From assembly GCA_048881705.1 (NCBI GenBank), contig JBHLSH010000081.1:1-16500 (forward strand): a stretch of DNA of 16,500 nt, in the 5' to 3' direction. The position numbers and the translations under genes are program-made. The stretch is from Candidatus Heimdallarchaeota archaeon (GTDB lineage: Archaea; Asgardarchaeota; Heimdallarchaeia; Hodarchaeales; Hodarchaeaceae). A model generated the notes under the pieces. The model saw only the letters and a program-made list of their open reading frames with translations, was not told the DNA's origin and ran no database searches. This document shows, piece after piece, positions 16,247-16,500 of the stretch. The stretch's first letter is position 1. The number at the start of each line of letters is the position of its first letter.

Positions 16247-16500
16247 ATGACCGAGCTAAAACAAGAAAATATAGGTTTAGTTGAGAGTTTGAAAATCGTA
16301 TTTAGATCTCGAAATTTTGTTGTCATTCTACTTACAAATTACACGGGTAGTTTTTTCTTCGCTACGTGGATTTATTTTAATCTATTTTTTCGGGATATTG
16401 GTATTTCCTATTTTGAATTAGGAATCGCAAATGCGTTTTTCTTTCTCATTGCGATGTTTGCAACATTGTTTGGAGGTTTTTGGGCTGATAGACACGGTGG
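16247..16500 (+). CDS. MFS transporter, 5' part (runs off the right edge; not in the supplied ORF track)
   Basis: ATG at 16247, translating MTELKQENIGLVESLKIVFRSRNFVVILLTNYTGSFFFATWIYFNLFFRDIGISYFELGIANAFFFLIAMFATLFGGFWADRHG. This gives TM1, TM2 and MFS motif A (G-x3-D-R-x-G). Confidence 0.9.
   Translation, partial: MTELKQENIGLVESLKIVFRSRNFVVILLTNYTGSFFFATWIYFNLFFRDIGISYFELGIANAFFFLIAMFATLFGGFWADRHG

Overview
AT-rich archaeal window, mostly about 30-40% GC by eye. It is most consistent with an Asgard archaeon of the Heimdallarchaeia/Hodarchaeales type. This is an inference from TATA/BRE promoters, GAGGTG ribosome-binding sites, oligo-T terminators and PGF/Heimdall-CTERM-like C-terminal sorting tails. 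It is an accessory region rich in membrane and cell-surface genes, with no rRNA, tRNA, CRISPR or transposase that I can support. It contains: an alpha/beta hydrolase; a coupled pair of hypothetical and membrane proteins; an ArsR-like wHTH regulator coupled to a polytopic membrane protein, with a perfect 9-3-9 palindrome in their promoter; a gingipain-like C25 cysteine protease lacking a prodomain; a zinc-ribbon membrane protein; a SnoaL/NTF2-like protein; a surface glycoprotein built from a tandem duplication; a polytopic membrane protein ending in an AbrB/MazE-like domain; and the start of an MFS transporter. Several decayed or frameshifted gene relics also occur, one strongly GC-rich. The most interesting items are the membrane-tethered AbrB-like protein, the ArsR/operator/membrane module, the prodomain-less C25 protease with Ca-loop inserts, the duplicated surface protein and a triple operator array with exact 21-bp phasing. 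All functional calls come from motif recognition by eye; no database search was run.
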